NCBI GenBank assembly: GCA_023379025.1
Contig: JAMCTH010000009.1
Span: 133,092-197,091, forward strand
Length of the DNA: 64,000 nt
Direction of reading: 5' to 3'
DNA from: Patescibacteria group bacterium
Lineage (GTDB): Bacteria; Patescibacteriota; Microgenomatia; UBA10105; UBA927
In this document: piece after piece, positions 18,007-28,704 of the stretch
Layout: each line of letters starts with the position of its first letter
Numbering within the stretch: the first letter of the stretch is position 1
Position numbers and translations under genes: made by a program
Notes under the pieces: model-generated
Told to the model about the DNA's origin: nothing
The model's database searches: none
What the model saw: the letters and a program-made list of their open reading frames with translations, nothing else

Positions 18007-19578
18007 ATGCGGCGATTGTATCTATTGACCGGAGCCATCATTACCCTCCTGACACTTACCCTCTTGTCCCCTCGGGCATACGCTGCACCGCCGACGACAA
18101 CGACCACCTCATCCATCACCGGCACAACCAACGGGGTTGCCGGCGCGGGAACCAGCTGGGTGTATGCATCGGAATACCCCAACGCCATTGCTGAATGTCT
18201 AAAAAATAATGGAAATGGTGCGGCTGGAAATCTCTCCTGCTTTGTTACGGCATTTAACCATAATGACATGAAAAGCCTGACAACAGACATCGTCGCTATC
18301 CCCGGTATTGCATATAACATAAACGAGACAAATATTGCCTATATCCGCCGGATGCAGGACCAATCAGCGCTCGGCGGAGTAACCCGGATCATGGCCTCCA
18401 TGTATGGCACGCCACCCGCAAATCTTGCCTACTGGGCTGCAGATGCCGGACAAACGCTTGGCTTTATCCCTCACTCCGCCATGGCGCAGGGCATCGGCTT
18501 TACCGGGCTAAACCCGCTCCTGGGTGTCTGGAAGGGTTTCCGGAATATGGCCTACGCGCTTCTTGCTGTCGTCATGATCGTTATCGGATTCATGGTGATG
18601 TTCCGGAAAAAGATAGACCCCAAAACCGTCGTCACTGTTCAGAATTCCCTGCCGCGCATCATCGTCGTCCTTATTCTCATCACCTTCTCCTACGCGATTG
18701 TCGGGCTTCTGATAGATCTCATGTATGTGGTCATCGCGGCGGGGATCAAAATCCTTGACGCGAGCCTTCCCGGAGGGGCCACCGTCACGATATTCGGGCA
18801 ACAGGCGGACTTTTTAAACGGCGGTGTCCTTACGCTTCTCGGAAGCATCTTTGCCCCGCTTCTCAATACGAGCTCTCTTGCGCAGAATTTTGGGACCATG
18901 ACGTGGGTGCAGAATTTCTTTGGGGGGCTTCTTACCGCGGTACTCACCGGAGGCACGACGCTTGTGCTTGGGACACTCATAACACTCATTGTCTCAGTTG
19001 CCTATCTTTTTGGGTTTGTCCGAATCTTCTTTATGTTGCTTTCGGCCTATATTAATATAATTTTGGCGGTCATTATCGGCCCGATTCAAATTCTTTTTGA
19101 TGCCCTTCCGGGAGGAACGGGCTTTTCATCCTGGTTTAAAAATCTGTTTCTCAATCTTATTCCATTCCCGATTACCATCTTTATGCTTATTCTCGGATTT
19201 TCCCTAAGCAGCACGCTGGGAACAAATCAACTCTGGCAGCCGCCGCTTCTCCCCCAAGCGATCAATATCGGACCTGTCCAGACCGGCAACATCGCGTCAG
19301 GGCTCGCAACCACACTTTTGTGGCTCGGAATTGTCCTCACTATTCCAACGATTGTGAATAGCATCAAAGAAGCAATGAAGACCAAGGCCGCGGTTCCAGC
19401 CGGTTTTGGCGCCGTCCTTGGTCCTATTGGAGCAGGAGCGGGTCAAATTATCCAACTAGGATATCAGGGGGGAATAATCAAAGGTGCATTTTTCGGCCAC
19501 GACCAGAAAAAATATGGACCAGGCACAGATACAATGGGAAGGGCAACTACTGGCCAATCGACAGGTATTAGTACATAG
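18007..19578 (+). CDS. VirB6/TrbL-like polytopic membrane protein
   Basis: Signal peptide; WKGFRNMAY...IGFMVMFR; LPRIIVVLILITFSYAIVGLLIDL; IIGPIQIL...SSWFKNL; follows the pilin array. Confidence 0.72.
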   Translation: MRRLYLLTGAIITLLTLTLLSPRAYAAPPTTTTTSSITGTTNGVAGAGTSWVYASEYPNAIAECLKNNGNGAAGNLSCFVTAFNHNDMKSLTTDIVAIPGIAYNINETNIAYIRRMQDQSALGGVTRIMASMYGTPPANLAYWAADAGQTLGFIPHSAMAQGIGFTGLNPLLGVWKGFRNMAYALLAVVMIVIGFMVMFRKKIDPKTVVTVQNSLPRIIVVLILITFSYAIVGLLIDLMYVVIAAGIKILDASLPGGATVTIFGQQADFLNGGVLTLLGSIFAPLLNTSSLAQNFGTMTWVQNFFGGLLTAVLTGGTTLVLGTLITLIVSVAYLFGFVRIFFMLLSAYINIILAVIIGPIQILFDALPGGTGFSSWFKNLFLNLIPFPITIFMLILGFSLSSTLGTNQLWQPPLLPQAINIGPVQTGNIASGLATTLLWLGIVLTIPTIVNSIKEAMKTKAAVPAGFGAVLGPIGAGAGQIIQLGYQGGIIKGAFFGHDQKKYGPGTDTMGRATTGQSTGIST

Positions 19579-19612
19579 TTGCCTCATTACCTCTCCATCG
19601 TCAACCATTTTT

Positions 19613-22600
19613 CTAGTGCCTACTGCTTTTTTGTTCCTCCTGAATGGATTCATTCGTTGCTACCGCTAGCGTAGCAACGGGTATAACCCACCAATACTTA
19701 CGGAATATCCCCCACGACATACGCCAGCCTAACGTCGCTTTAAAATCTCTCCTCAATTTATTGATGTATTTGATATCAGTAAAGACACCGACCCGTTGAA
19801 TTTCATTCAACACCTCACCAATTGTGTGCTCATCCCACTTGTTGCCCTCCGGACCGAGGTAGCGCACGGAAAGAGATACCGAAGAAGCTATGGATTCCGG
19901 CCATTCCTTTATCTTCCTACCCAACTTATTGTGTTCAAGAAAGTGTTTCCACCCCGGAAACCAACCAAGAACCGGCAAGTGTTCCGCTTCCATTTCACCG
20001 ATATTCTGCATAATTCCCTGAAGCCCAGGAACAAGTCCCAAAAGGCCACGCCATCCGTCCAAAAAAGGATTAAACATTCTGTTTCTATTCATCTCGATCC
20101 AGGTGTCTACGATATGATATAGGGCTTTTTCTGCATCAACCGAAGATGCATATGAGACAAACTGCTGCTTAAATTCATAGAACTTTTTGATGGTTTCCTT
20201 GGGATCTTTCGGCGACAGAAATTCCGGTTTATTGATGAGATCAAAAAATAAATCCCGTATCGCTGCCATATTGATCATATCGCGTCCGCGTCTGAGCATG
20301 ACGCTCGTACCGAGTTTAAAGAAATTTACCTCTTCCCAATCAAAATCAGCAACGGATAGGGTGATCGGAAATTTCGCATGCGCCCATGCTTCCATCGGTG
20401 TGAGATATTGATGATTCTTGGGATCACGATCAGTAGTTACATAACTGTGCACATCTTTCATGACATTTCTGAATGCTGCAATTTTATCTTCGGGTACTTT
20501 AAGCTGCGCCAGAAGCGGTTTTATATGTGCATCAAATCCTTCTTGACTCATAAGGTTCAAGTTTGGGTCTATCAGAAGGTCTCCTTTGCGAATCTTCTGC
20601 TCTGCTATCGAGAGAGCGCGTTGAAACGTGAGCCATTCGGGTGCGCCAAGAACATGGTTTTTTTCAAGTATGCCATCCATTACTTCACCCGAAAGAAGTT
20701 GCAAATATTTAGACGGTGTCCGTTTAAGCATACGATCAAGAACCTGCATACGCTCTGCATCGGTTTGGGCAATATAAAATTGAATACCGAGTGCTTGATT
20801 CTCCCAAGCCAGAGGGCTTCCGTGCTTGGCCATAATATGTTTTCTGATTTCATCGAACGTGCCTGCTTCAAAACGCCAGCCCGTCGCATCAAAGCTTCCT
20901 CCGCCGGCCAAAAAACCCGGTCCCAAAAGCTCGGTAAACGATACCCCCATTTCGCCCTCTGCAAACTCCATGATTTTGCGCATTCGCATCATTTCCGGAG
21001 AGTTACTGTAGGATTTTTCGTCATCCTTCCACGCTTGTGTTTTCGTTATTTTGAAGCCCCTCTCAAGAATTGCTTTTTCACGAAGCATCGCTCGGGCCTG
21101 CTCGCCCATGAGCCCGCCCATATTGAACCGGTGGGCAAAAAGCTCGGGGTTATAGATACGTACTATATCTTCCATAAACGGCGCCCACATAACGGATTTC
21201 CCCTCTATTCCGCTTTCCCGTAGCGTCCGGAACCGGTATTTTTCATGCATGGGCCGAATTGCCTGATAGGCCGATATTGCGGCGATGTGGCCGGAGCCTA
21301 TTTCAATCATCCGCGCCGCAAATATGGCATCTCGGATTTTCCATTCCTGATCCGCTATCTGTTGTCGCGTCATCCCTTGAGACAACATTTCTGCTACCAT
21401 ACGCTCGTGTACTTCGGCCTCTATTGGAGAATAACTTCTGTATACATCCAACGTACCTATTTTCTTTGCATCTGATGGCAATATCGTTTGTTTATCGGAT
21501 AGCCTGGTATAGAGTTCTTTTTTTTCAGTAATAAGCTCGGGGAGTCGTTTAAGAAGTTTTTGTTCGTCCCTATCCAAGGAAACACCTTTTTCCCGTTTCC
21601 CAATCAAATCATCATATTTCTGCTGAAGGGCAATCCACTGATTTCCTACCTCTGTGTAGACCAGAATGTCCTCATCATGAATTGTTACGCCACGCGCTAC
21701 AATCTCAGCTTGCGTTTTGATATTCTCCATGAGCAGTTTTCGTTCCGTAATTTCCTGCTGGGTAGTACCGAGTTGGTTTAAGGAATCCCGACGGCGCATT
21801 TCCATGTAATATTCATCCATGGTAATTTTTTTCGTCGGGTTTGTTTCCCAATACGGCTGAACTTCTTTTGCAAGATACTCAACCGCCTGGTGGTAACGAC
21901 TCATCTTATTTGCGACCATATCGCCGAGCGCGGTATCGTAGTGGGACATTGCCATATTTGCAAGCGGAACTTTGCCCCAGAAATCGAGATCCGCTCCAAG
22001 CATACGCTGAAGCGCTCCGACTTTATCTTTCACATCTCCAGGGTCATATGCTAATGCTTTCAGCAGATACTCGTGTCTGCCGCGATCCTTCCAAAGGTAT
22101 TCATACGGCTGTAACCTAATTGTGCCGATCCTATCACCATATTTCATCTTCATGAATCTTTTAAACGCTTCAAATTTGTACATATCGGGAAGTTCGGGGC
22201 GCTGGCTAGTTCTACCTACTCCGTAGATATCAAAAATAAACTCAGAAAACCATTTTGCCTCTCCTTCTTCGCCTGTCAATATTAATTGCTTTTCATCACT
22301 AGTAAATCCAGTTAGGGGTAACACGGTTATTTCCTGATCCCTATTCTGTAAATCAGGGGGTAAGGTTTGTCTTGCTTCTTCCCACGTAACGTTTATCTCT
22401 CCCATCCGTCCGCGGCCTTTTGCCAATTCTTCCTGATGTAGCTGTGCTAAAGTTACCTGTCGTTGGCGTAATCTCAAAATATACGGTTTTGCTTCACTTG
22501 AACGACGCAGACGAACGGAGTCTCGGGCGAGACGTTCAGCTTCTTCGCCAAGAACTTTCGGGTCATTTATCAAGGTAGGATCTGTATCAAATAATGTTTG

Positions 22601-23305
22601 AACGTTTTCAAGACGAACCCGCAAAGGAGAGCCTCGTCCGGGCGCACCTGGTGCTGAAGCGTCAAAAAATGTAAACCGAGTGCCTCCGCGAGGCGGACGG
22701 ACCCGTTGGCCAACTGCGGTATATCCGAGGTCGAGCGCCGCCTGATCTGGATCTGTAATTCCATAAACTGGAGCGTTGTTTTCATTAATCACATGAGTAA
22801 ATACCGCATGTTGTGCTTCCTGAACAATTGGTCTGACGTCTTCAGGAAGATCGTAAACGCGTTTCAAGACACCATTGGAATCGCTAAAAACTTTCTGTGC
22901 TGCTTGCCATTGGTCCGGCGTTGCTGTTTGGTTGTCAAATATTCTTCGGAGCTCCACAAGCTTTTGTTGGATCCCCACCTGATCTCCGCCCTTTGTATGT
23001 TTTGCCTGCTCGGCAAGCAAATCGAGCTTCTGGGTAAGCGAAAGGTCTGTATACGCCCGGCCGAACGCGCGCCTGGACGCGCCATCGAGAATTTCTATAA
23101 ATGGAACGGTTCGTTCGACAGCGAGATCAGGAGCTTTCCTTTCCCTGCCCTCAATCACTGAGGCGGCAGCCGCACGGATCCTTACTGCGACCTGTTCAGC
23201 AGTGTGTTCTTGCTGTAAGACGTGTTTCGGATGCCGTGTTTCACCATTCTTCCGGACAACCCTTTCTATCGCTCCTTTTATCCCGCCGAACTCTACTGCA
23301 CTCAT
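19613..23305 (-). CDS. large hypothetical protein (1230 aa)
   Basis: 3.7-kb ORF with upstream TACAAT and purine-rich leader; helical and charged; hydrophobic C-terminal segment; no recognised motif. Confidence 0.85.
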   Translation of the reverse strand: MSAVEFGGIKGAIERVVRKNGETRHPKHVLQQEHTAEQVAVRIRAAAASVIEGRERKAPDLAVERTVPFIEILDGASRRAFGRAYTDLSLTQKLDLLAEQAKHTKGGDQVGIQQKLVELRRIFDNQTATPDQWQAAQKVFSDSNGVLKRVYDLPEDVRPIVQEAQHAVFTHVINENNAPVYGITDPDQAALDLGYTAVGQRVRPPRGGTRFTFFDASAPGAPGRGSPLRVRLENVQTLFDTDPTLINDPKVLGEEAERLARDSVRLRRSSEAKPYILRLRQRQVTLAQLHQEELAKGRGRMGEINVTWEEARQTLPPDLQNRDQEITVLPLTGFTSDEKQLILTGEEGEAKWFSEFIFDIYGVGRTSQRPELPDMYKFEAFKRFMKMKYGDRIGTIRLQPYEYLWKDRGRHEYLLKALAYDPGDVKDKVGALQRMLGADLDFWGKVPLANMAMSHYDTALGDMVANKMSRYHQAVEYLAKEVQPYWETNPTKKITMDEYYMEMRRRDSLNQLGTTQQEITERKLLMENIKTQAEIVARGVTIHDEDILVYTEVGNQWIALQQKYDDLIGKREKGVSLDRDEQKLLKRLPELITEKKELYTRLSDKQTILPSDAKKIGTLDVYRSYSPIEAEVHERMVAEMLSQGMTRQQIADQEWKIRDAIFAARMIEIGSGHIAAISAYQAIRPMHEKYRFRTLRESGIEGKSVMWAPFMEDIVRIYNPELFAHRFNMGGLMGEQARAMLREKAILERGFKITKTQAWKDDEKSYSNSPEMMRMRKIMEFAEGEMGVSFTELLGPGFLAGGGSFDATGWRFEAGTFDEIRKHIMAKHGSPLAWENQALGIQFYIAQTDAERMQVLDRMLKRTPSKYLQLLSGEVMDGILEKNHVLGAPEWLTFQRALSIAEQKIRKGDLLIDPNLNLMSQEGFDAHIKPLLAQLKVPEDKIAAFRNVMKDVHSYVTTDRDPKNHQYLTPMEAWAHAKFPITLSVADFDWEEVNFFKLGTSVMLRRGRDMINMAAIRDLFFDLINKPEFLSPKDPKETIKKFYEFKQQFVSYASSVDAEKALYHIVDTWIEMNRNRMFNPFLDGWRGLLGLVPGLQGIMQNIGEMEAEHLPVLGWFPGWKHFLEHNKLGRKIKEWPESIASSVSLSVRYLGPEGNKWDEHTIGEVLNEIQRVGVFTDIKYINKLRRDFKATLGWRMSWGIFRKYWWVIPVATLAVATNESIQEEQKSSRH

Positions 23306-23386
23306 ATAGCCCTTTCTTTACCTCTATTGTATAGTGTCATGACATAGGGAGCAATATAACGGGTTCGCGCCACCGGAAAACATAGA

Positions 23387-23722
23387 TCACCCCGTTTCAC
23401 CCGGCTTGAAACCGACAAACCAGAATCGAGGATCAACAAAGGACTGAATATCCAACACGCGGGTGTGTTGCTTCGGTATCTGACAGACTTTGATCGCTGC
23501 CTCAGCATCATTGGTTCCGGACTCACTGAGGGACCCATACGGAAGAAGGAGGGGAAAAACATGTGCGGGTCCGAGCGCCCGAACCGCAAGAAACAGGCCT
23601 GTTGCAGAGTCTACGCCGCCTGATACCGCTATTACGGCATCGGTAAAGCCCGTCCTCCGAAACGTCTGCCTCATGAAAAGCGTAAGCGTTTGAGCCGGCT
23701 TCCCGGGATCTATCGCATTCAT
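23387..23722 (-). pseudogene. nadE: truncated NH3-dependent NAD+ synthetase
   Basis: VIAVSGGVDSA PP-loop present but ORF stops at 111 aa, with no room for the C-terminal half before the next gene. Confidence 0.8.
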
Positions 23723-24276
23723 TGATACAAACGGTGAGACCTCATGTAGTCGGCTACCGCCTCCGGAACAAATTCGGCAACAGAAAGGCCCGCCTTGATC
23801 CGTTCCCGGATTTTAGTCGCGGAAATGTCCGTCACGATAAGGTTTGGGTGGGACACCACCGTCATATTCGGACAGAGCGGTTCGTTTGGGTACCCGTTTC
23901 TCGGAAAGACATAAAACGGCAACTTCCGCAGGAGCTCCTCCCAATTGCCCCATAGGTGAAATGAGGGAAGCCAGTCTGAACCGATGATAAACGTATACGA
24001 GTGTTCTTTCGGAAGAAACGGCAGAAGGTTGATGGTGTTTCCGTCAAGCATATGGTCTATCTCAAGCGTCGAGACCCGCGTTCCGAGAGACTCGATGAGC
24101 TTCACCATCGCAAGCCGGTCGCCGACCGATGCAAGATCCGGCTTTGGCGGATCCTGTCCGTAATTCGGCAGAAACCAGACTTCATCCGTATCCGTAAAAT
24201 CCAACACCTGCCGGGCGATCATTATGTGCCCGAGATGCGGCGGATTAAATGCGCCGCCAAACAATGCGATGTGCAT
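23719..24276 (-). CDS. nadD: nicotinate-nucleotide adenylyltransferase
   Basis: FGGAFNPPHLGH, FIIGSD, ISATKIRER. Confidence 0.95.
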   Translation of the reverse strand: MHIALFGGAFNPPHLGHIMIARQVLDFTDTDEVWFLPNYGQDPPKPDLASVGDRLAMVKLIESLGTRVSTLEIDHMLDGNTINLLPFLPKEHSYTFIIGSDWLPSFHLWGNWEELLRKLPFYVFPRNGYPNEPLCPNMTVVSHPNLIVTDISATKIRERIKAGLSVAEFVPEAVADYMRSHRLYQ

Positions 24277-24289
24277 AATGGTTTTTGGG

Positions 24290-26473
24290 TTATTTTGCTA
24301 CTTTTTTGGTATAGCGCTCCCGTGAAGCGCGGATTACCTTTTCCCTGTTTTGGTTTTTACTCCTCGGGAGAGGCAGGGTTGTTGCCAGAAACGGAGCTGA
24401 CGTGTGATTGTCGATGGAGAGCTTAAGAGCTATCTGGAAGTTCCCAAGATTAACCAACTCTTCCTCCTTATAAATCCCGCCGAATTCGGCTGATACGATC
24501 CTGGCGTCCAGAGCTCCGATCCCGAATGATGCGAGCGACCCGACGTTCCCGAAAATTGCCTTCTGTATATCTTCATCTATTTGTCCGATATATTGATTGG
24601 CGAGTGTTAAATTCAGGTGGTATTTCCGTGCTTCGGAAAGAATTTTGATAAACGATGATGTCGCAAACGTCTGAAACTCGTCAACATAAAGATAAAAGTC
24701 GCGCCGGTCCTCCTCTTTCATATGCACCCGGTTCATTGCGGCAAGCTGCATTTTGGTGATAATCATGGATCCCAAAAGGGCGCTGTTGTCTTCCCCGAGC
24801 TTTCCGACGGCGAGGTTGACGAGCACGATTTTTCCCTGGTTCATCATGGCTTCAAGGTCGATCGTGGAAGCCGGGTATCCCACCACCTGGCGGACCGTCT
24901 GAGCCGAAAGGAACTGTCCCACCTTGTTGAGGATGGGAGAAATGGATTCGCTGCGGAGCTGCGGTGAGAGTTTGTTGAACTCGTTTACCCAATAATTCTT
25001 AAGCACCTGGTCCGAAAGTTTTTCAATAGCCTTTGCACGAAATTTCTCATCCGTAAGAAGTTCCGGTACCTGAAGAAGGGTCGTATCAGGAAGGTAGAGA
25101 AGGGTCAGGAGCGTATTCCGCAGAATATACTCAAGGCGCGGCCCCCAGCTGAACTGGTACAGCTTATGGAATATCGATACAATTCCCGATGCGGCGAGGT
25201 CGCGAAGGGATGAATCGTGGAGCTCAAGAGGATTGAGGTGAAAAGGAAACGCAGTGTCATAGGGATCCAGATATGCCACATCGTTAATACGGAATGATGG
25301 CACATAATCAAGAAGAATTTCACAGAGATCTCCATGTGGATCAATAACGGCAACTCCCTCTCCATTTCGCATGTCATTGATCGCCATATTGGCAATCATG
25401 GTGGATTTTCCCGCCCCCGTTTTCCCGATAAGATACAGGTGTTTCCTCCTGTCCTCTTTTTTGATCCCGAATGTCGCGGTCTTGTTTTTAAACTCCGTCC
25501 TGGCAAAAAAATTGGTGTGCTTTTTGGCCTCTTCATCATCGGTTGCAATAGGCAGGTTTTCCGGAGCATCGCTTGCGGTTTTGGAACCCCAGGAAATATT
25601 TTTGATCATGGACAGCGTCAGCCCCGGAGGATGCCAGAGGGATGCGAGCTCGCTTGACCCCAACACCTGGTTGCGCGGCACAAGACGACCGCTTCGATCC
25701 ATAAATGCCTGTTCCAGTTGCTTTTTCTGCCAAAATGCCGGCTCCACAAGCGATAAGCTATTGCCCTCGCCAAGCGTGTACACACCGTAGGCGCCGCTCA
25801 TCGTATGAAGGAGGGTTTGCGCCTCACGTGTGTCCGATGCCACCGCCACAAGACGCACCCCGCACACAAACCCTGCCTGGTTTATTTTGGTTTCGATCAG
25901 ATTTGCCTGCGGGTGGCTCTTGGTTTTTCCCGTTGGGGAAGAAGGGTCGGGAACGCCGGCGGCTATCACGCCCGACGCTTTTCGTTGCCACCCGGAACCC
26001 GCCGGCCTGATCCAAAGTTGTACAGCCAACGCCTGCCCCCCGGGAAGCGCGGCCATTTGACCCAAAACACTGGCCAACAGGTCTGTGTCACGGACGTCTT
26101 TGTATGTTTTCAGGGGATAATAAAACGGGCTATCAAGTATAAGTTGGGCGGCAACATGAGGAAGGGATAAAAAATGCGGAGCATAATCAGGCGCCGGTGA
26201 AAGCAGAAGTTTCGGGTATTGCGCGGTCAGCTGGCTTTCAACATAGGTTTCTGCCCCGGCGGGCATCGCAACAAAAAAATGAATACCGGCGTTGACAGAC
26301 ACTATTTCAAAGGTAAAAAACCCGGCAGCCGTGGTACGGCCAAAGAACGCGGAGAGCAGGTGCCGCTTTCCTCCCGGCGCGCCAAGCGCCGCAAACACCT
26401 GTTCCATGACCACCGGTGTTTCTTCACTGCTTTTGCTGTTTTTCCCCTCAAGGAGCACAATCCCTTGTTCCAT
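24290..26473 (-). CDS. VirD4-like coupling ATPase
   Basis: HLYLIGKTGAGKST, IDPHGD, LYVDEFQ, LSEARKY, ANQYIGQ, IFGNVG. Confidence 0.88.
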   Translation of the reverse strand: MEQGIVLLEGKNSKSSEETPVVMEQVFAALGAPGGKRHLLSAFFGRTTAAGFFTFEIVSVNAGIHFFVAMPAGAETYVESQLTAQYPKLLLSPAPDYAPHFLSLPHVAAQLILDSPFYYPLKTYKDVRDTDLLASVLGQMAALPGGQALAVQLWIRPAGSGWQRKASGVIAAGVPDPSSPTGKTKSHPQANLIETKINQAGFVCGVRLVAVASDTREAQTLLHTMSGAYGVYTLGEGNSLSLVEPAFWQKKQLEQAFMDRSGRLVPRNQVLGSSELASLWHPPGLTLSMIKNISWGSKTASDAPENLPIATDDEEAKKHTNFFARTEFKNKTATFGIKKEDRRKHLYLIGKTGAGKSTMIANMAINDMRNGEGVAVIDPHGDLCEILLDYVPSFRINDVAYLDPYDTAFPFHLNPLELHDSSLRDLAASGIVSIFHKLYQFSWGPRLEYILRNTLLTLLYLPDTTLLQVPELLTDEKFRAKAIEKLSDQVLKNYWVNEFNKLSPQLRSESISPILNKVGQFLSAQTVRQVVGYPASTIDLEAMMNQGKIVLVNLAVGKLGEDNSALLGSMIITKMQLAAMNRVHMKEEDRRDFYLYVDEFQTFATSSFIKILSEARKYHLNLTLANQYIGQIDEDIQKAIFGNVGSLASFGIGALDARIVSAEFGGIYKEEELVNLGNFQIALKLSIDNHTSAPFLATTLPLPRSKNQNREKVIRASRERYTKKVAK

Positions 26474-26632
26474 GGCTTAATAATACCATACGGAACGCCG
26501 CCCGCCACACACCCGGAGGAGTCCCGTGAAAACCTAAAAATAGAGTTTTCACAGTCCTGATGCGCTTCGTTATAGTTGCGAAGGTTGCCGCAACCTTTTA
26601 GAATGAGAGTGGGTTTAACCGGCAAAATAATC

Positions 26633-28051
26633 ATGGAACAACATCCTGTACCGCAAAATGTCACAACGTTTCAGTTCCGCCTGATCGGTGACATGACAAT
26701 CAAACAATTCGGGTACCTCGCCGGGGGCGTGATCCTTGCGTATCTCTGTTACAAGCTTCCGCTTCCGTTCTTTTTTACCTGGCCGCTGACGCTCCTTACG
26801 GGTCTTGGAGGGTTTGGCCTTGCATTTGTCCCCATTGAAGAACGGCCCATGGACGTGTGGATCATGTCGTTTTTCAAAAACGTCTACAGCCCGACCCAGT
26901 ACGTGTGGCAAAAAACTAAACAGCCGGAACTGCATGCCGCATCCTCCGTGTCTGCTCCGGATCAAAAACCGGGGGGTGCGCAAGACCTGCGCGGCGGACC
27001 TCCCGGTGCTCCGGCAGCGCTCTCCCAAACACCACACAAGCAGGGTGCCTCGTTGGCTGCCCTGGTGCGGGCAGCGCTTTTTCCGGCCGGCACCATCGCA
27101 CATTCAGACACCACGGCGGCTCACCGACCGGCTCTTTCGGCGAACACCCCGCCGGCCGCAACAACCCACATAAAAACACCGCCGCTGCTTCTCCATCGTT
27201 TTTCCTATGGCATCGGCGCCGTCATCGCCCGGATCAAACGGCTTTTTGCAGCGCCCGCCGTATCCCCGAAGACTACACCGCAGTATGCGTTTTCAGATGT
27301 CTTTGCATCGCTCCATGCCGGGCCAAAAACTTCCCCGCACAAAGCACAGCCTTCCCGCCCGCCCGCCATCCTTGAAACGCTCAGGCCGGAAACGCCGTCG
27401 TTCCCCATTCCGTTCACCCCGATCCCAACAATTCCGCACACGCCGCAACCCCTGGCAACCGACACAGGCATCCAGACGCCGGCGCCTTCAAACACCCGAA
27501 CCGAACCCCAACCCCCAAACCCTCAAAGCCGTCTGACGGTCTCTCCCGTTGAAAAAGAGCGTATGGAGCAGCAGTTGCATGAGCTGAACAGACACGCCTC
27601 AGCCGCACCCTCCGCGACGTACATGACGCCGTCCGCGCCGGGAAAATCATCAAACACGGTGCGCGTCATAGCACCGGAAGGAACGATCAGGGCCGGTATC
27701 CCCAGGCTCACCACGGTCCCGAATGTTGTAACCGGCATTATAAAAAACGAAACGGGAGACCTGCTGCCCGGGATACTCATCACCGTACGGGACTTTGAAG
27801 GTGTGCCGCTCCGGGCGCTCAAGTCAAATAAGCTCGGACAGTTCGCCGCATCAACCCCGCTTCAAAACGGCACCTATGTGATTGAGGTGGAAGACCCGAG
27901 GGGAAAACACCACTTTGACCGGGCGCAGATTACGCTCGCAGGAAACCAGGCTCCCGCTCTTGAAATCAGTGCAAAAACCGAAAAACAGCTCAACCGGGAA
28001 CGGCTGGAACGGGAAATTTTCGGCCGCACACCCGGCGCGCCCCACACATGA
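26633..28051 (+). CDS. PrgI-family protein with Pro-rich linker and C-terminal beta-sandwich
   Basis: MEQHPVPQNVTTFQFRLIGDMTIKQF, two TMs, ERPMDVW; C-terminal RALKSNKLGQF...PLQNGTY. Confidence 0.82.
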   Translation: MEQHPVPQNVTTFQFRLIGDMTIKQFGYLAGGVILAYLCYKLPLPFFFTWPLTLLTGLGGFGLAFVPIEERPMDVWIMSFFKNVYSPTQYVWQKTKQPELHAASSVSAPDQKPGGAQDLRGGPPGAPAALSQTPHKQGASLAALVRAALFPAGTIAHSDTTAAHRPALSANTPPAATTHIKTPPLLLHRFSYGIGAVIARIKRLFAAPAVSPKTTPQYAFSDVFASLHAGPKTSPHKAQPSRPPAILETLRPETPSFPIPFTPIPTIPHTPQPLATDTGIQTPAPSNTRTEPQPPNPQSRLTVSPVEKERMEQQLHELNRHASAAPSATYMTPSAPGKSSNTVRVIAPEGTIRAGIPRLTTVPNVVTGIIKNETGDLLPGILITVRDFEGVPLRALKSNKLGQFAASTPLQNGTYVIEVEDPRGKHHFDRAQITLAGNQAPALEISAKTEKQLNRERLEREIFGRTPGAPHT

Positions 28052-28704
28052 CGAAACAGATTGTTCCCATCCGCTCTTCCACACAGGAGTTCATAGAAAT
28101 AGAGGACGTTAGCCACAATATCGTTATGTTTAAGGATGGATCATGTGCTGCGATTATTACAACCACGGCTGTAAACTTCGGCCTCCTTTCAGAAAAAGAG
28201 CAGGAGGCAATTATCTATGCCTACGCAGGGTTTCTGAACTCACTCTCCTTCCCCGTAGAAATCATCGTGCGCTCGCAACAAAAGGATGTCACCGCGTATC
28301 TCAGACTGCTTGAGGCGCAGGAAAAGAAAGAAACAAACCCCAAGCTTGTCAAAAACATCCACGATTACCGCATGTTCGTTGCGGAAACCGTCAAAGAAAA
28401 GGATGTTCTCGACAAAAAGTTCTACATCATCATACCCTTTTCATACCTGGAGCTCGGCGCGTCAACAAAAGTATTGTTTGGCGGTAAAACCCGCGGACTC
28501 CCCTACCCCAAAGACTATGTTTATGAACGCGCCCTTTCCGTCCTGACCCCAAAATGCGATCATGTCATCCGACTGCTGGGACGGCTCGGCCTCCGCGGCA
28601 CACAACTCACGAGCGAACAGGTAAAAAAATATTTCTTCCTCGCCTATAACCCAAGCAGCAGCGCTCCCGAGGGAAAACCCGGGTCCGTGCCGGAAACACC
28701 ATGA
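28048..28704 (+). CDS. T4SS-associated protein resembling the VirB4/TraC N-terminal region
   Basis: STQEFIEI, VNFGLLSEKEQEAII, FLNSLSFP; coupled between the PrgI-like and VirB4-like genes. Confidence 0.72.
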   Translation: MTKQIVPIRSSTQEFIEIEDVSHNIVMFKDGSCAAIITTTAVNFGLLSEKEQEAIIYAYAGFLNSLSFPVEIIVRSQQKDVTAYLRLLEAQEKKETNPKLVKNIHDYRMFVAETVKEKDVLDKKFYIIIPFSYLELGASTKVLFGGKTRGLPYPKDYVYERALSVLTPKCDHVIRLLGRLGLRGTQLTSEQVKKYFFLAYNPSSSAPEGKPGSVPETP

